Assembly (NCBI GenBank): GCA_024644345.1
Contig: JAHELE010000001.1
Location: 18,659 to 82,658 of the forward strand
Source: Actinomycetes bacterium
GTDB lineage: Bacteria > Actinomycetota > Actinomycetes > JAHEKZ01
Length of the DNA stretch: 64,000 nucleotides
Reading direction: 5' to 3'
Shown: piece by piece, positions 59,708 to 64,000 of the stretch
Numbering within the stretch: position 1 is the first letter of the stretch
How the letters are laid out: each line of letters begins with the position of its first letter
Translations under genes and position numbers: made by a program
The notes under the pieces: generated by a model
Databases searched by the model: none
The model's input: only the letters and a program-made list of their open reading frames with translations
Told to the model about the DNA's origin: nothing

Positions 59708-60100
59708 GTGCCAACCGCACCCGCTGGCACGCTCTACCGCGGCCGTGAAGGCATGTGGTCCTGGGTGGCCCATCGGATCACCGGTGCCCTCACCTTCTTC
59801 TTCCTCTTCGCGCACGTGCTCGACACCGCGCTGGTGCGGGTCTCCCCGGAGGCCTACGACACGGTGATCGCCACCTACAAGAACCCGATCGTGAACCTTC
59901 TCGAAGTGGCGTTGGTGGGGGCCGTCCTCTACCACGCCCTGAACGGCGTTCGCGTGATCCTCATCGACTTCTGGAGCAAAGGCCCCAAGTACCAGCAGGC
60001 GATGCTGTGGTCGATCGTCGCCGTGTGGATGCTGCTGATGATTCCTGGTGTCTACTTCATGCTCGAACACACCGTCAGCGCCATCTTTGGGGGGTCCTGA
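59708..60100 (+). CDS. sdhC: succinate dehydrogenase cytochrome b556 subunit
   Basis: Three TM helices with a heme-ligand His (FFFLFAHVLD). First gene of sdhCDAB. The start could be the internal MWSW. Confidence 0.75.
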   Translation: MPTAPAGTLYRGREGMWSWVAHRITGALTFFFLFAHVLDTALVRVSPEAYDTVIATYKNPIVNLLEVALVGAVLYHALNGVRVILIDFWSKGPKYQQAMLWSIVAVWMLLMIPGVYFMLEHTVSAIFGGS

Positions 60101-60101
60101 C

Positions 60102-60521
60102 ATGACATCGGCCGAAGCACCCGACATCCGAGCACCGCGCACCCAGCGCACCTTCGGGTCGAGCGGACGCTCGAACTTCGAGCTCTACTCGTGGCTGTTC
60201 ATGCGAATCTCGGGCCTCGTGCTCATCTTCTTGGTCCTCGGCCACCTGTTCATCATGAACGTGCTCGACGGCGGCGTACAGCGGATCAACTTCGCATTCG
60301 TCGCCGGCCGCTGGTCCTCTCCGTTCTGGCAGGTATGGGATCTGCTGATGCTCTGGCTCGCCCAGCTGCACGGCGGTAACGGACTGCGGGTCATCATCAA
60401 CGACTACGCCGAGCGCGACTCCAGCAGAATGTGGCTGAAGGCAGCGCTCTACGCATCGATGGTTCTCGTTCTCGTCACCGGAACCCTGGTGATCTTCACC
60501 TTCGACCCGAACATCAGCTGA
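60102..60521 (+). CDS. sdhD: succinate dehydrogenase hydrophobic membrane anchor subunit
   Basis: Three TM helices. The ATG at 60102 lies 1 nt after the sdhC stop. Confidence 0.75.
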   Translation: MTSAEAPDIRAPRTQRTFGSSGRSNFELYSWLFMRISGLVLIFLVLGHLFIMNVLDGGVQRINFAFVAGRWSSPFWQVWDLLMLWLAQLHGGNGLRVIINDYAERDSSRMWLKAALYASMVLVLVTGTLVIFTFDPNIS

Positions 60522-60534
60522 GGAGCGCGACCTC

Positions 60535-62279
<1,745 letters not shown>

Positions 62280-62280
<1 letters not shown>

Positions 62281-63050
62281 TGACAGCCACCATCGACCCA
62301 CCCCTCGACCACGCGCCCGAGAGCGGATCGGCGCTGCAGCGTCGCACCGTCACACTGCGGATCCGTCGATTCAACCCCGAGGCCGGCGACACCGAGCCCG
62401 CCTGGCACGACTACCCGGTCGAGGTGCTGCCGACCGACCGCGTCCTCGACGCGCTCAACAAGATCAAGGCGGAGCAGGACGGCACCCTCACGTACCGACG
62501 GTCCTGCGCTCACGGCATCTGTGGCTCAGACGCGATGCGGATCAACGGCCGCAACCGACTGGCCTGCAAGACCCTGATCAAAGATCTCAACATGGATGCC
62601 GCCATCATGGTCGAGGCGATCAAGGGGCTGCCTCTCGAGAAAGACCTCATCGTCGACATGGAGCCGTTCTTCCAGGCCTACCGCGACGTCAAGCCCTTCC
62701 TGATCACCGAGGGCCACGAACCGACGCGTGAGCGGCTGCAGAGCCAACATGACCGGGAGCGGTTCGATGACACCACCAAGTGCATCCTCTGTGCGGCGTG
62801 CACCACGTCGTGTCCGGTCTTCTGGTCCGATGGACAGTACTTCGGGCCGGCTGCCATTGTGGGCGCTCACCGCTTCATCTTCGACAGCCGCGATGAGGGG
62901 GCGTCCCAGCGCCTCGACATCCTCAACGACCGTGAAGGCGTGTGGCGGTGCCGCACGACGTTCAACTGCACGGAGGCCTGCCCCCGCGGAATCGAGATCA
63001 CCCAGGCAATTCAAGAGGTCAAGCGCGCTCTGATCTCCCGAAGGGTCTGA
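62280..63050 (+). CDS. sdhB: succinate dehydrogenase iron-sulfur subunit
   Basis: 2Fe-2S cysteines (CAHGICGSD...C), 4Fe-4S/3Fe-4S cysteines (CILCAACTTSCP; CTEACPRGI). The start overlaps the sdhA stop. Confidence 0.9.
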
Positions 63051-63083
63051 CCCGCGCCGCATGCGAGTAGCCTCTTGGACGTC

Positions 63084-64000
63084 ATGATCATCTCGCTGCG
63101 CCTTGTCGCTGCCATCGTCCTGGCCGCCACGATGACCGCCCCCGGCCTTGCTGCGGCATCCCCTTCGGACCCCCTCAACTCCCGTGGGGTCGTGGTCGAC
63201 GGACGTGAACCGCCTAAGGTGCGCGCAGAGTCATGGGTGGTTGCCGACGCCGATACCGGTGACGTTCTGGCCGCCAAAGGCGCTCACGAACGGCTCAGGC
63301 CGGCCAGCACCCTCAAGACCCTGACCGCGGTCACCCTGCTCCCCCGGCTGAACCTCGAGGACCGGTATCGAGTCCAGTGGGAGGACGCACACACAGTCGG
63401 CAGCGCCGTGGGGATCGTCCCGGGCTCCCGCTACACGATCGACGAACTGTTCTACGGCATGCTGCTGCCGAGCGGCAACGACGCGGCACAGGCACTTGCA
63501 TCAGCCGCCGGAAGCAAGCGCAAGACCGTCCGTGCCATGAACCGCCGGGCGGTCGCCCTCGGTGCTCTCGACACGACTGCAGTCAATCCCACCGGGCTTG
63601 ATGCCAAAGGACAGTTCTCCTCCGCGTTCGATCTCGCGATCTTTGCCAGGGAGGGGCTCACCGACAAGGACTTCCGTCGCTACGTCTCCACGGTCTCCAC
63701 ATCGTTCCCCGCCCAAGAACCCAAACGTGACAAGCGTCGCGACAGCTACATGATCTACAACCAGAATCCACTGCTGCTCGATGGGTACCGCGGCATCCTC
63801 GGGGTGAAGACCGGGTACACGACCTTGGCTGGTCGCACCTTTGTCGGCGCGGTTGAACGCGGGGGGCGCACGCTGATCGTCACACTGATGGGCCTGGTCG
63901 ACCCCACCGACACATCAGCTGAGCGCCTGTTGAAGTGGGGATTTGACCATGGCGACGACGTAAGCCCCGTTGGGTCTCTTGACGCCGTCAGCACCACCGC
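63084..64000 (+). CDS. D-alanyl-D-alanine carboxypeptidase (S11 penicillin-binding peptidase), 3' end outside the window
   Basis: Signal peptide. SxxK (ASTLK), SxN (SGND) and KTG (KTGYT) motifs. Confidence 0.75.
   Translation, partial: MIISLRLVAAIVLAATMTAPGLAAASPSDPLNSRGVVVDGREPPKVRAESWVVADADTGDVLAAKGAHERLRPASTLKTLTAVTLLPRLNLEDRYRVQWEDAHTVGSAVGIVPGSRYTIDELFYGMLLPSGNDAAQALASAAGSKRKTVRAMNRRAVALGALDTTAVNPTGLDAKGQFSSAFDLAIFAREGLTDKDFRRYVSTVSTSFPAQEPKRDKRRDSYMIYNQNPLLLDGYRGILGVKTGYTTLAGRTFVGAVERGGRTLIVTLMGLVDPTDTSAERLLKWGFDHGDDVSPVGSLDAVSTT

Overview
High-GC (~70%) actinobacterial chromosomal window (Propionibacteriales/Corynebacteriales-like) with dense, often start/stop-overlapping genes. Gene order follows the mycobacterial Rv3261-Rv3319 region: cofD(fbiA)-fbiB, manC, LCP/CpsA ligases, purEK, birA, accD5-accE5-maf-accA3, lpdA-like, M20 amidohydrolase, sdhCDAB. 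Lineage-specific insertions interrupt this core. (1) A peptidoglycan-remodelling pair, a SpoIID/LytB-domain protein and a PGRP-type amidase, both with three copies of the same ~110-aa C-terminal repeat. (2) A teichoic-acid-like glycopolymer module: Wzm/Wzt ABC exporter, a CDP-alcohol phosphatidyltransferase fusion, two LCP ligases and a GtrA-family protein. (3) nadABC with a divergent NrtR regulator and a candidate operator palindrome. (4) Three tandem paralogous GAF-GGDEF-GAF diguanylate cyclases between birA and accD5. (5) An AadA-like nucleotidyltransferase plus VOC gene after accA3. (6) An MprAB-PepD-like envelope-stress triad. (7) A catabolic aminotransferase/acyl-CoA dehydrogenase/ADP-forming acyl-CoA synthetase cluster. 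(8) A DUF222-HNH (REP13E12-like) endonuclease. No rRNA, tRNA, CRISPR or transposase genes were recognised. Most other ORFs in the track are antisense or alternate-frame shadows typical of high-GC DNA.
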